Shown here: piece after piece, positions 8,590-17,578 of the stretch
How positions within the stretch are numbered: the first letter of the stretch is position 1
How the letters are laid out: every line of letters begins with the position of its first letter
Source of the DNA: Desulfobacterales bacterium
Lineage (GTDB): Bacteria; Desulfobacterota; Desulfobacteria; Desulfobacterales; JAFDDL01
Length of the DNA stretch: 32,000 bases
Direction: 5' to 3'
Assembly (NCBI GenBank): GCA_963675725.2
Contig: CAXXXZ010000002.1
Span: 4,042,611 to 4,074,610, forward strand
Program-made: the position numbers and the translations under genes
Notes under the pieces: model-generated
Told to the model about the DNA's origin: nothing
The model's database searches: none
What the model saw: the letters and a program-made list of their open reading frames with translations, nothing else

Positions 8590-9083
8590 GATGAGCGTTC
8601 CTTTTTTACATAGGTTGCCCCCAACCGATCAAGCTCTGTCAGGACCATCGCAATAATGGGATCGATCTTCTCCTCAAGGGTAGGGGTCAACGCCATCTGA
8701 AACGTTTCCATGTCCGCGGGCTCCACCCCTACAATCACGGTTTCCGGCACATGATCAAGGGCCTGGCAAAGGGTCAATGCCTCGATAAGATCGACCTGAT
8801 GCAGCGACATTTTGGATTGAATGCGTTTTGGGATCTCATCTTCGGTGAGGCGATAAAGACTTCCCGGCGTCTTCCCCTGGCGAATAATGTCCACCACAAT
8901 CAGATACCGGGGCTGGGAAAGAATGCCCAGCAAATTGACCCCCAGCACGCCGCCGTCCACAACCAGCACATCTTCCGGAAAGTGGTAGTCTTTTTCAAGT
9001 CTCTCCACAACCCGAATACCGAACCCCTCATCTGTATAGAAAACATTGCCAACGCCCAACACGGTGATCCGTGGATTCGTCAA
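8580..9083 (-). CDS. [NiFe] hydrogenase maturation protease (HyaD/HybD/HoxM family). Start codon uncertain: TTG at 9083 preferred over the extended ORF to 9191.
   Basis: ITVLGVGNVFYTDEGFGIRVVERL and VVDGGVLGVNLLGIL. The extension to 9191 runs antisense-free but overlaps the end of the large-subunit gene in another frame. Confidence 0.9.
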   Translation of the reverse strand: MTNPRITVLGVGNVFYTDEGFGIRVVERLEKDYHFPEDVLVVDGGVLGVNLLGILSQPRYLIVVDIIRQGKTPGSLYRLTEDEIPKRIQSKMSLHQVDLIEALTLCQALDHVPETVIVGVEPADMETFQMALTPTLEEKIDPIIAMVLTELDRLGATYVKKERSSCA

Positions 9084-9087
9084 TTTC

Positions 9088-10737
9088 CTACACCACCTTG
9101 ATTTTGTATACTTCGTTGCTTTCCGGGTCGATAACATGCACCGCACACGCAATGCATGGATCAAAGGAATGCACGGTGCGCAGGATTTCAATAGGCCGCT
9201 TGGGATCGGCGATCGGTGTTCCGATCAGCGCTTCTTCCACCGGACTCTTGTTGCCATTTGCATCTCGGGGTCCTAAATTCCATGTGGACGGTACGACATA
9301 CTGGTAATTTTCGATCTTTTTGTTTTTTATTTTTACCCAGTGGCCAAGGGCTCCGCGCGGCACATCATTCAGTCCATACCCCTCCCCTTCGTCCGGCATC
9401 TCATAGGGCTCGTAGGTTTTTGTGTCGCCACTTCGGATGTTTTCAATAAGCCCAGCCAGCCAGCTCTGCATCGCTTCACCGATCGCAACGGTTTCGATGG
9501 CCCGCGCAGCAGTCCTGCCAAGCGTGGAAAATAGGGCCGAAGGGGGGATCTCCAGACCTTTCAATGTGCTTTCAACCAGCGGCTTGATGTCCTTGTGTCC
9601 TTTTCCATAGGCTACCAGCACCCGGGCCAAGGGCCCTACCTCGCAAGCATTTCCGTCATACCGGGGGGCCTTCAGCCAGGAGTATTTACCACTATCCGGC
9701 TCATATTTGGGGTTCTCTTTAAGCGGTTTGGTTTCACCTTCAAACGGATGTTTATTACCGCTGCCTTCATACCATGACCGCTGAACGTGTTCGGTCACAT
9801 GCTTCTGGTCCGCCTCCTTGACGTTGGCGATATCACGATCGAGGATCAGACCGCGGGGCATATAGTGACTTTCCGGCTCTTTTTCGTTTTGCGGAAAATC
9901 CCCCCAGGCCAGAAAATTCCGACATCCACCAATTTCACCCCAGTCTTTATAAAACCCGGCGATTGCCAATAGATCCGGGAGATAGACATTCTTTACAAAG
10001 TTGTGGGTTTCTTTGGTTACATATAAAAATTCGGTCAGACGGTCCGCACTCAAGTCCTTTACGGAGGTAACTCCGCCCACCACCAGGGATTGAGGGTGGG
10101 GATTCTTGCCGCCGAAAATCGCGTGAAGACGGGCAGTGCGTGCTTGCAGCCGCAAGGCCTCGATGTAATGATCGGCCGCCATTAAATTGGCTTCCGGCGG
10201 CAGTTTATAAGCCGAGTGTCCCCAGTAGGCATTCGTGAAAGGGCCCAATTGACCGCTTTCGACAAAGGTTTGGAGCCGTTGCTGGACCCCCTTGAAGTGC
10301 TTGGCCCCCCCCCAGGGTGCATTGCTGACGCTGTCTGCCAGATCTGCGGTTTTTTTTGGATCCGCCTTGAGCGCACTGACAATGTCGACCCAGTCCAGGG
10401 CATGGAGATGATAAAAATGGACGAGATGATCGTGCTGGTACTGGGCGCCATGCAGCAGGTTTCGGATAATGCGGGCATTGGGCGGTATTTTGACGCCCAC
10501 GGCATTATCCACCGCGCGAACCGATGAAATGGCATGGACATAGGTGCAAACCCCACAGGACCGTTGTACAAAATGATGGGCGTCCCTGGGGTCCCTGCCT
10601 TGCAGAATGAGTTCAATACCGCGAAACATCTGTCCGGAACTCCAGGCATCTTTGACTTTTCCGTCTTCAACCTCCACCTCGATGCGAAGGTGGCCCTCTA
10701 TTCTGGTGATCGGATCGACTGTGATTCGTTTTCCCAT
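9088..10737 (-). CDS. hynB: [NiFe] hydrogenase large subunit, periplasmic respiratory type
   Basis: RSCGVCTYVHAISSVRAVD near N-terminus and DPCIACAVHVIDPE near C-terminus provide both CxxC nickel-ligand pairs and the protease cleavage region. Confidence 0.96.
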   Translation of the reverse strand: MGKRITVDPITRIEGHLRIEVEVEDGKVKDAWSSGQMFRGIELILQGRDPRDAHHFVQRSCGVCTYVHAISSVRAVDNAVGVKIPPNARIIRNLLHGAQYQHDHLVHFYHLHALDWVDIVSALKADPKKTADLADSVSNAPWGGAKHFKGVQQRLQTFVESGQLGPFTNAYWGHSAYKLPPEANLMAADHYIEALRLQARTARLHAIFGGKNPHPQSLVVGGVTSVKDLSADRLTEFLYVTKETHNFVKNVYLPDLLAIAGFYKDWGEIGGCRNFLAWGDFPQNEKEPESHYMPRGLILDRDIANVKEADQKHVTEHVQRSWYEGSGNKHPFEGETKPLKENPKYEPDSGKYSWLKAPRYDGNACEVGPLARVLVAYGKGHKDIKPLVESTLKGLEIPPSALFSTLGRTAARAIETVAIGEAMQSWLAGLIENIRSGDTKTYEPYEMPDEGEGYGLNDVPRGALGHWVKIKNKKIENYQYVVPSTWNLGPRDANGNKSPVEEALIGTPIADPKRPIEILRTVHSFDPCIACAVHVIDPESNEVYKIKVV

Positions 10738-10784
10738 ATTATCCTCTCTCTTTTAGCATAAAGATGTTCGATATGGAGGTTTCA

Positions 10785-11762
10785 TTAGATCTCTTCATAA
10801 AAGGGGGTCATCGCATCCCAAAAATCAGGCTCACTGCAACCGATGCATGGATGTCCCGCCTCCACCGGCCAGCTGGTACCGTCGTTATACTTGGCCACCG
10901 GACAATTGTTGTATGTTTCCGGGCCCCGGCATCCCATTTTATAGAGACAATATCCCATCGCTGCTTCATCAGATCCGAATTCCTCTACAAATTCATCATT
11001 TTCAAAATGACTCCGTCTTGGACATTGGTCGTGGATGGTTTTGCCATAGGCAAAAAGGGGTCTGCCCAAATTGTCCAATGCGGGTAGCTTCCCAAGGAGA
11101 AGATAGTTAACTACCGTTCCCACAAAATTGATCGGGTTCGGTGGGCATCCGGGAATATTTAGGGTTTTAATTCCCAGGGCATCTCCTACGGATTTATAAC
11201 CGCCGGGATTCGGTTTAGCAGACGGAATGCCACCAAAGCAGGCGCACGCGCCGATACAGATCGTGGCGGCCGCCTGGGGAATCACCTCCTTGGCTATTTC
11301 CAAAAAGGTCCTGTTTCCAATTTTTCCATAGCCCCCATCATATTTAGTGGCGATGGCCCCCTCGACCACACAGATAAATTTTCCGCTGTGTTTTTTTACA
11401 GCCGCTGCCAGATTGTCTTCGGCCTGATGTCCGGCTGCGGCCATGATGGTTTCGTGGTATTCCATAGACAACACCTCAAGTACCAACACATCCACATAAG
11501 GATATTGGGCCCGTAGTACCGACTCTGAGCATCCGGTGCATTCCCCTAAATGCAGCCAGATAACCGGCGGCCGTTGCTTGGGCTGTGCAAACACCTCTGC
11601 AACCTTTGGAACAAATGAAGAAGATAGTCCCATCGTAGCGGTCAAAAAGGTAGTATATCGCATGAAATCTCTTCTGCTAACGCCCCTTTGGGCCAGACTC
11701 TGGTAAAAATCTTTTTCGTTATCCATCGGCATGCCCCTTTCTGGTTGGTCCATGTGCCACAA
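10785..11762 (-). CDS. hynA: [NiFe] hydrogenase small subunit with Tat signal peptide
   Basis: SRRDFMRYTTFLTATMGL twin-arginine motif. LHLGECTGCSESVLR, CIGACACFGG, PGCPPNP and CPRRSHF...GCRGPETYNNCP Fe-S cluster motifs. Confidence 0.96.
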   Translation of the reverse strand: MWHMDQPERGMPMDNEKDFYQSLAQRGVSRRDFMRYTTFLTATMGLSSSFVPKVAEVFAQPKQRPPVIWLHLGECTGCSESVLRAQYPYVDVLVLEVLSMEYHETIMAAAGHQAEDNLAAAVKKHSGKFICVVEGAIATKYDGGYGKIGNRTFLEIAKEVIPQAAATICIGACACFGGIPSAKPNPGGYKSVGDALGIKTLNIPGCPPNPINFVGTVVNYLLLGKLPALDNLGRPLFAYGKTIHDQCPRRSHFENDEFVEEFGSDEAAMGYCLYKMGCRGPETYNNCPVAKYNDGTSWPVEAGHPCIGCSEPDFWDAMTPFYEEI

Positions 11763-12119
11763 TACACACAGCTATGCATTATGCGGGAAAAAATGAAAAA
11801 ATTATCGTTGTTGGGATTTGATACTATTTAAATATGGAATCATGCATCACAATTATAAGGCGTATGGGAAAGCGTGATACCTTTACGAACATGAACGCTA
11901 CAACATAACAATTAAAAATTCATATCATTTTTATATGAGGTTATTCAATATAAAAAAAATTCAGCCTCTTGAGGGGGCACCTAACACGTATCTGCATCGT
12001 AGTAATAGGGGCGAGTGCCGGTCGTTCGGAAAGAAAAAGTCCAGTGTTCCACGTAACGATGAACTTGCATCCGGCGCGGGGCTATAATGTACAAGGATAT
12101 TATGCGGCTGTTGCTTGAT

Positions 12120-12596
12120 TTAGGGGAGTTCCTCTTGATCAGCATCATCATCGGAGTCCACATCAATTTTGATTGATGCAACACCGTTTCGGGTATCTAA
12201 TGCATCGTCAAAATCGTTGTCACCGGCGTCGTCATCTTCAATAAAGTCATCTAACGTTTCAACGTCGTCGTCTCCGCCGTCTGATGTTCTTTTCTCTTTT
12301 GCGTTCGATAAAAGCGTTTCATCATCACAAAGGATTTCCAACGAATCCTGATCTTGCAATGTCAACAGAGTCGTAATGGCATGAGCAATTCGTTCGACAA
12401 ATTGGCCCGGGGGGAAAAAATTGGCTGTTCGCAAAATGGATAGGACCGTTTTTTTCTCTAACGATGATACGCTCTGCACAAAATTAATGTCGTATTTTTC
12501 CTCACAGGCAAATAAAAATACATCTTTGTCAATTTCGGCATACTCTTTGACAGAGATGTCGTTGTCATGTTTTTGAATGACATATTTATGCTTCAT
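12120..12596 (-). CDS. Hypothetical protein with strongly acidic Asp/Glu-rich C-terminal region
   Basis: ORF 12120..12632, likely start MKHKYVIQKHDNDISVKEY at 12596. C-terminus GGDDDVETLDDFIEDDDAGDNDFDDALDTR...DVDSDDDADQEELP. Confidence 0.6.
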   Translation of the reverse strand: MKHKYVIQKHDNDISVKEYAEIDKDVFLFACEEKYDINFVQSVSSLEKKTVLSILRTANFFPPGQFVERIAHAITTLLTLQDQDSLEILCDDETLLSNAKEKRTSDGGDDDVETLDDFIEDDDAGDNDFDDALDTRNGVASIKIDVDSDDDADQEELP

Positions 12597-12899
12597 CGGT
12601 AAACTCCTTGCTCCCAAAAGCCATAGACTCAAAACCTGATAAAATACTGCCCTGAATGTGCCGATCTTCTAAAAATTCGCAAAAACCATAAAAATAATTT
12701 CCTGTCAAGCAAACAATGCAGATTTGATGGAAATAAATCGCTTCCTCCTCCCATCATTTGACAAACCAAAACGGGGTATTTACAATCCCCCCCGCTGATT
12801 GAATCCAGCGTTTTGCAGAAAACGCTTTGTCAACGGCACGGGGCTGTATAAATGTATTGACCTAACCTGGTGAAGATGATAACTGAACTTTCCATTTTG

Positions 12900-12985
12900 G
12901 GAGGGATGGCCGAGTGGTTGAAGGCGGCGGTCTTGAAAACCGTTGAGCGAAAGCTCCGTGGGTTCGAATCCTACTCCCTCCGCCA
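12900..12985 (+). tRNA. tRNA-Ser, anticodon TGA
   Basis: GGAGGGA/TCCCTCC acceptor, GCGGT-CTTGAAA-ACCGT anticodon arm, long variable arm, encoded GCCA. Confidence 0.96.
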
Positions 12986-13018
12986 AAAATGCAGTTGCTT
13001 TGATAGATCAAAATTTTA

Positions 13019-13111
13019 GGAGAGATGGCCGAGCCGGCTGAAGGCGCTCGCCTGCTAAGCGAGTGTGTGGGGAAACTTGCACCGAGGGTTCGAATCCCTC
13101 TCTCTCCGCCA
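13019..13111 (+). tRNA. tRNA-Ser, anticodon GCT
   Basis: GGAGAGA/TCTCTCC acceptor, CTCGC-CTGCTAA-GCGAG anticodon arm, long variable arm, encoded GCCA. Confidence 0.96.
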
Positions 13112-13115
13112 CTTT

Positions 13116-13150
13116 AAAAAGCTCGGTTTTTAAAACCGGGCTTTTTATTT
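13116..13150 (+). terminator. Rho-independent terminator after the tRNA-Ser pair
   Basis: AAAAAGC-T-CGGTTTT / AAAACCG-G-GCTTTTT followed by ATTTTTAT. Confidence 0.8.
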
Positions 13151-13332
13151 TTATCTGAACATTCATATTATACCGCCTTCTTTCACAATATAATCCCAAG
13201 CGAGATAGTTTCAAAAGGGTCGATTTTATTTTGGAAAGATATCAATAGCAAAAAGCGGAACCTTCTATTCCGCCTTTTTCAACTTTCGGAGGTATTGCAT
13301 CCGATTTCTTCTGGGCGAGTGACGATAAATGG

Positions 13333-14124
13333 TTATGCCGCTGCCGAAACGATTTTTTTGGACAGAAGGTATTGAAGGATCAGCGGAGCGATGGAAATGC
13401 CTTTTTTCACAAGTCCCGCGGTACCAAAAAGTCGATTAAATTCGAAAAAAAAGAGCTTTCCTTCAACAACGGCAACGTCAAACCCGGCATGATCTATTTC
13501 AAGATGGTGTGCAATCATTTCGACCGCCACGATGGCTTCAGGTGGTATATCTTCAGAGTGAATCAGACCTCCTTTCGCAACATTGGTATGAATTTCTGTG
13601 CCGGGTCGACACCGCCAGTAGGCAGTGACCACCTTTTTACCAATGACAACCAGGCGCAAATCCTTTTCAATCGGGAGATATTCCTGGACATATAACGTAG
13701 GATGACAACTTGCATATCGCTCCCAGGCCGTTCGGTTGTCTATCAACCAAACCCCCATTCCCATGGCGGCCCGAGGTGTCTTGGCCACAAAAGGATACCC
13801 GAAATGGTCTGGCACCCAATCGCATGCCCAGGACGAATTTCCAAGAATATGGGTTTCCGGTAAATACTGGGGCCACAGTAATTGCATTACACGGGTCATT
13901 TCTATCTTATCATGACCGATGTGATAGGTACTCATACTCGGAAAAATCTGTTTCCGCATACCATAAAAAAGGGTGTTGATCTGCCAGTATTCCGGAAATA
14001 ATAGCCAGTCCGCCTGGCGGATGACGTCCATATGACAATGGGACTTTTCCGGCTTGATGTAGGTGGCCTTCGGCATACCAAGCGTACGTAGGGCATCAAA
14101 GGAAACAAAGCGCAAAAATTTCAA
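13333..14124 (-). CDS. ATP-grasp / RimK-like ligase family protein
   Basis: YPFVAKTPRAAMGMGVWLI, LYVQEYLPIEKDLRLVVIGKKVVTAYWR, HAGFDVAVVEGKLFFFEFNRLFGTAGL match ATP-grasp core motifs. Confidence 0.75.
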   Translation of the reverse strand: MKFLRFVSFDALRTLGMPKATYIKPEKSHCHMDVIRQADWLLFPEYWQINTLFYGMRKQIFPSMSTYHIGHDKIEMTRVMQLLWPQYLPETHILGNSSWACDWVPDHFGYPFVAKTPRAAMGMGVWLIDNRTAWERYASCHPTLYVQEYLPIEKDLRLVVIGKKVVTAYWRCRPGTEIHTNVAKGGLIHSEDIPPEAIVAVEMIAHHLEIDHAGFDVAVVEGKLFFFEFNRLFGTAGLVKKGISIAPLILQYLLSKKIVSAAA

Positions 14125-14152
14125 ATTATTATCTATTAAACAGTCATGGGTT

Positions 14153-15313
14153 CTAATGCAACACCTGGGTCTTTTCTGGCATCGACAGTGACAGCGATGA
14201 TGCCGGCTGCGGTTGACGGTGTTTTCGGTGAAATAATTGTTTATGGGTCAACAGATGAAAAAGCATCTCCAAAGGGCCCCTGGTAAAATGCCGTTGCCAC
14301 CCGGCGGTAAAACAGAACCCGATCAAATAAAACAGGCCGGTAGCGACGACCGGTTGGTCCGCAATGCGTCCGGTTTCGATTACCCACCCCATCAAAATGA
14401 ACCCCCAAACCAGATGCGCCACGTACATGGTTAACGAAAACTGCCCAAAAATGGCCAGGAAGCCAACTATGGGGCTTTTCTTTTCATGATCCAGGGTTAC
14501 CCATCTGCAGAGGCTGATTACGGCCAAGGCGCTTGCTCCTGAAGAGGCCACGAAGAGGGGGGTGTCCGGAAAGGCTTCAGACCGAAGAAAAGGCCCCCAC
14601 CAATTGCATTCGAGATCAACGTTGTTTTGCCACGCCCAATTCGAAGCAGTATCAGCAAACAGTTCAATACCGATACAGACAAGAGAGCTTATCACAAAGA
14701 GGCGTCGACAAAACATTGGCGTTACCGGCTCCCGGCGCCCGAGCAGCATGCCAAGGGAAAAAAAGCCAAGCCAGGGAAATACCGGATAGAAGGGACTTGT
14801 AATATAGTCCAACACCAACTGTATACCAGGGGGCTGTGTCTCAACGTAGGGTATGGCATCATTTAAATCATAGCTTAGTGTTAGAAACGCGCAAACCGGC
14901 ATGGAAAGTACGAAGACGATAAGGGTAAACCGCTTCACCCACAGGTCCGGACGTCGAGCGATAAGGGCACCGATCATCAGAAAAAGGCTGTAAAAATGAA
15001 GGATATCCGCTTCCCACCAATGCCAGAGAACCCATCCGCCCACCAGCAACAACAGGCTTCTTTTCATCAGGCCGTGATAAATCGTTGATGCCGTTTTGCC
15101 CTGGCGGCGTGTTAGCAGGGTTACAGAAAGGCCTGCCAGCATGACAAAAATTGTGGCCGCCCGGCCGTATGTATAGCCCACCACCGTTTCCATCCAAGCA
15201 GGAGAATACTCGGCGGTATCCATTACGGAAGCAAGATTGACCGGCACCATTGCCAAAATGGCCATGGCGCGAGCCATATCGTAACCAATAATGCGGTCAT
15301 GGTCTGACGGCAT
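14153..15313 (-). CDS. Multi-pass membrane protein, DUF1624/DUF418 (heparan N-acetyltransferase-like) family
   Basis: RIIGYDMARAMAILAMVPVNLASVM...GYTYGRAATIFVMLAGLSVTLLTRR, C-terminal DUF418-like ...RGPLEMLFH. Start MPSDHDRI has a GAGG upstream; the longer ORF reaches 15403. Confidence 0.7.
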   Translation of the reverse strand: MPSDHDRIIGYDMARAMAILAMVPVNLASVMDTAEYSPAWMETVVGYTYGRAATIFVMLAGLSVTLLTRRQGKTASTIYHGLMKRSLLLLVGGWVLWHWWEADILHFYSLFLMIGALIARRPDLWVKRFTLIVFVLSMPVCAFLTLSYDLNDAIPYVETQPPGIQLVLDYITSPFYPVFPWLGFFSLGMLLGRREPVTPMFCRRLFVISSLVCIGIELFADTASNWAWQNNVDLECNWWGPFLRSEAFPDTPLFVASSGASALAVISLCRWVTLDHEKKSPIVGFLAIFGQFSLTMYVAHLVWGFILMGWVIETGRIADQPVVATGLFYLIGFCFTAGWQRHFTRGPLEMLFHLLTHKQLFHRKHRQPQPASSLSLSMPEKTQVLH

Positions 15314-15513
15314 GAATTTCCTCGGTGAAAAAGAAAACGAGCGGCAACACGGCCGAAGGTCTCTACACGCTTCTAACCAGTAATACGAAATAGCAACAAA
15401 CATGCCTGGATATAACTATCTGATTTATTTAAAAATATCGATCCGATTAAATTCACGAATCGGAACCGCTTGTTCCTGTTGAAAAAAAACAGAAAAATCA
15501 TTAATACAACCCC

Positions 15514-16557
15514 ATGAGCGATTTGAATGAAATAACGTCGGTTTCCCTTTCACGATACCTAAATCGGCCCCTTGCCATCGGCAACAGAACCATTGCCTCT
15601 CGGCTGGTGCTTGCCCCCATGGCCATGCTTGGAAACGTTGCTTTCAGAGAACTCATCAGTGACTTTGGGGGATTTGGCCTTCTTTTTTCAGAGATGTGCA
15701 GCGCCAAAAGAATTCGTCATGAAAACCGGCGGGTTTCCCCTTATTTTCGGTGGCGGGATGAAGAGCGGCCTTCCCTTGTTTGGCAAATTTTTGGCAGTGA
15801 TCCAGCGATCATGGCTGAGGCAGCTGAACGTATTGAAGCGGAGGGGTTTTTCGGCATTGACATCAACTTTGGTTGTGCTGCCAGCGACATCTGCCGGCAA
15901 AACGGTGGTGCAGCCGCCCTGAAGGATCCCGTTCGTGCCGAAAAAATTGTCTCTGCCGTCCGAAAGGCCGTGAAAATTCCGGTGTTCGTCAAATTTCGCA
16001 CCGGCTGGCGTGATCAACCAGAGGACGCCGTTAATTTTGCCAAACGATTTGAACAGGCCGGGGCAGACGCCCTGACCTACCATCCAAGGGTAGCCCCGGA
16101 CCGGCGGTCCCACCGCCCGAAATGGGAATATATCGGCATGGTAAAGGAAGATGTTTCCATTCCCGTTTTCGGAAATGGCGATGTCTTTCTGGCAACGGAT
16201 TGTAAGCGCATGATGGAACAAACCGGCTGTGATGGCGTGTCCGTTGGGCGGGCAGCGGTGGCCAAACCCTGGCTGTTTGCCGAATGGACAGGTGCTTTCA
16301 CGCCATCAGCTTCTGTTTTCCTCGATTCCGCCTTGGGGCTGATGGCACTGCTATCCAAACACTATGACTCTCTTGCTGCCCTGCGCCGGTTTAAAAAATT
16401 TGCCCTGTATTTTTCAGCAAATTTTAAGTTCGGACACGCTCTCCATACTGGCATTCGAAACGCCATGACGCAAACGGAGGTCGAGGCTTTGTTGCGCCGG
16501 TTTTTCGCACTTCCCCAAGACCTTGTGAGCCGGCCCAATATGAATTTTTTTGTCTGA
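15514..16557 (+). CDS. dus: tRNA-dihydrouridine synthase family protein
   Basis: LVLAPMAMLGNVAFRELI, GIDINFGCAASDICRQNGGAALLKDP-like block, VFVKFRTGW, ADALTYHPR, PVFGNGDV, CDGVSVGRAAVAKPWLF. Confidence 0.85.
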   Translation: MSDLNEITSVSLSRYLNRPLAIGNRTIASRLVLAPMAMLGNVAFRELISDFGGFGLLFSEMCSAKRIRHENRRVSPYFRWRDEERPSLVWQIFGSDPAIMAEAAERIEAEGFFGIDINFGCAASDICRQNGGAAALKDPVRAEKIVSAVRKAVKIPVFVKFRTGWRDQPEDAVNFAKRFEQAGADALTYHPRVAPDRRSHRPKWEYIGMVKEDVSIPVFGNGDVFLATDCKRMMEQTGCDGVSVGRAAVAKPWLFAEWTGAFTPSASVFLDSALGLMALLSKHYDSLAALRRFKKFALYFSANFKFGHALHTGIRNAMTQTEVEALLRRFFALPQDLVSRPNMNFFV

Positions 16558-16614
16558 TGCCACGTCGTTGGCAATGCGTCTTGACTTGAAATTTAAAAGA
16601 TGTAATCTCAGCCC

Positions 16615-17265
16615 ATGAAAAAAAAACTGGCTGAGAACCGACCAACACAACGAGTGACCTCTCGCACCGAGAAGAAAACCTTGGTATGGATAATGGCCGG
16701 TTTCTTAATCAGCTTCTGGATGTTTGTTCTCGGGCTTCTGGTGGGAAGGGATACCGCACCGGTGCAATTTGATATTCATAAACTTCAAAATGACTTGGCG
16801 GCACTAAAAAAGGCCACCATTGACAAAACAACCGAACAGTATCGACAGGCGTTTAATAATATCGAGCTGGGATTCCCTGAAGCCCTTGATGGGCCGCCGT
16901 TAAACCATCAACTGCAACCCCAGTGTGATGGAAATGTTGCGGCAAACACCCCTTCAGACGTTCGCCACAAGAAGAGACAAGATATCTTCAAGAAGAAAAA
17001 ACCGGTTGTAACCAAACCGGTATCTGGGCCGGATTCCCAAAGGGTGGTCCAAGTCATCGCCACCAAAGATGAAGGGTATGCGGATGAAATCGTCTCCAAG
17101 CTAAAAACCCTTGGATATCATGCCTATCGAACCTCCGGCACGCTTCCTGGCAAAGGCACCTGGCACCGGGTTCGCGTGGGCGGGTGTAAAGATGAAACCG
17201 AAGCCAGAACCGTGGTGCAGAAGCTTAAAGAAGAGCATTTTTCACCCATGATTTTAGAAGAGTAA
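16615..17265 (+). CDS. Single-pass membrane protein with C-terminal SPOR domain
   Basis: N-terminal TM WIMAGFLISFWMFVLGLLVGR. C-terminal VQVIATKDEGYADEIVSKLKTLGYHAYRTSGTLPGKGTWHRVRVGG. Confidence 0.8.
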   Translation: MKKKLAENRPTQRVTSRTEKKTLVWIMAGFLISFWMFVLGLLVGRDTAPVQFDIHKLQNDLAALKKATIDKTTEQYRQAFNNIELGFPEALDGPPLNHQLQPQCDGNVAANTPSDVRHKKRQDIFKKKKPVVTKPVSGPDSQRVVQVIATKDEGYADEIVSKLKTLGYHAYRTSGTLPGKGTWHRVRVGGCKDETEARTVVQKLKEEHFSPMILEE

Positions 17266-17279
17266 AGAGGAAAACCCAT

Positions 17280-17567
17280 ATGACAATTACAAAAGACGAT
17301 GTAAAATATGTGGCCAACCTGGCGCGATTGACACTCGACGAATCTTCCATTGATATGTTTGCGGACCAGATGGCCAAAATTATCGATTATGTTGACACCT
17401 TGAATCAAATTGACACCACCGGCGTGGCACCGATGGCCAACGCCGTTTCATTGAACAATGCCTTTCGGGAAGACAACAACACACCGCATCTCGACCGGGA
17501 AAAGACCCTCGCCAATGCGCCAGACAAAGAAGATGGGTTTTTTATCGTACCCAAAGTTATCGGTTAA
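17280..17567 (+). CDS. gatC: Asp-tRNA(Asn)/Glu-tRNA(Gln) amidotransferase subunit C
   Basis: [47 protein letters not shown]. Confidence 0.95.
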   Translation: MTITKDDVKYVANLARLTLDESSIDMFADQMAKIIDYVDTLNQIDTTGVAPMANAVSLNNAFREDNNTPHLDREKTLANAPDKEDGFFIVPKVIG

Positions 17568-17578
17568 AGGAAGACGCT

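Noticed and set aside
10182-10670. 162-aa minus-strand ORF in another frame within the hydrogenase large subunit gene
   Set aside because: The overlapping frame encodes unmistakable hydrogenase sequence; no independent start or family signal.
9088-10737. [NiFeSe] hydrogenase
   Set aside because: The C-terminal motif reads DPCIACAVH with cysteine codons and no in-frame TGA at the Sec position.
12780-12986. Minus-strand ORF AEGVGFEPTELSLNGFQDRRLQPLGHPS
   Set aside because: It is antisense to tRNA-Ser(TGA). This sequence type is a classic spurious tRNA-derived ORF annotation.
13008-13214. Minus-strand ORF AEREGFEPSVQVSPHTRLAGERLQPARPS
   Set aside because: It is antisense to tRNA-Ser(GCT), so not a gene.
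15688-16221. 177-aa minus-strand ORF opposite the dihydrouridine synthase gene
   Set aside because: Fully overlapped by a clear Dus coding frame, with low-complexity artefactual composition.
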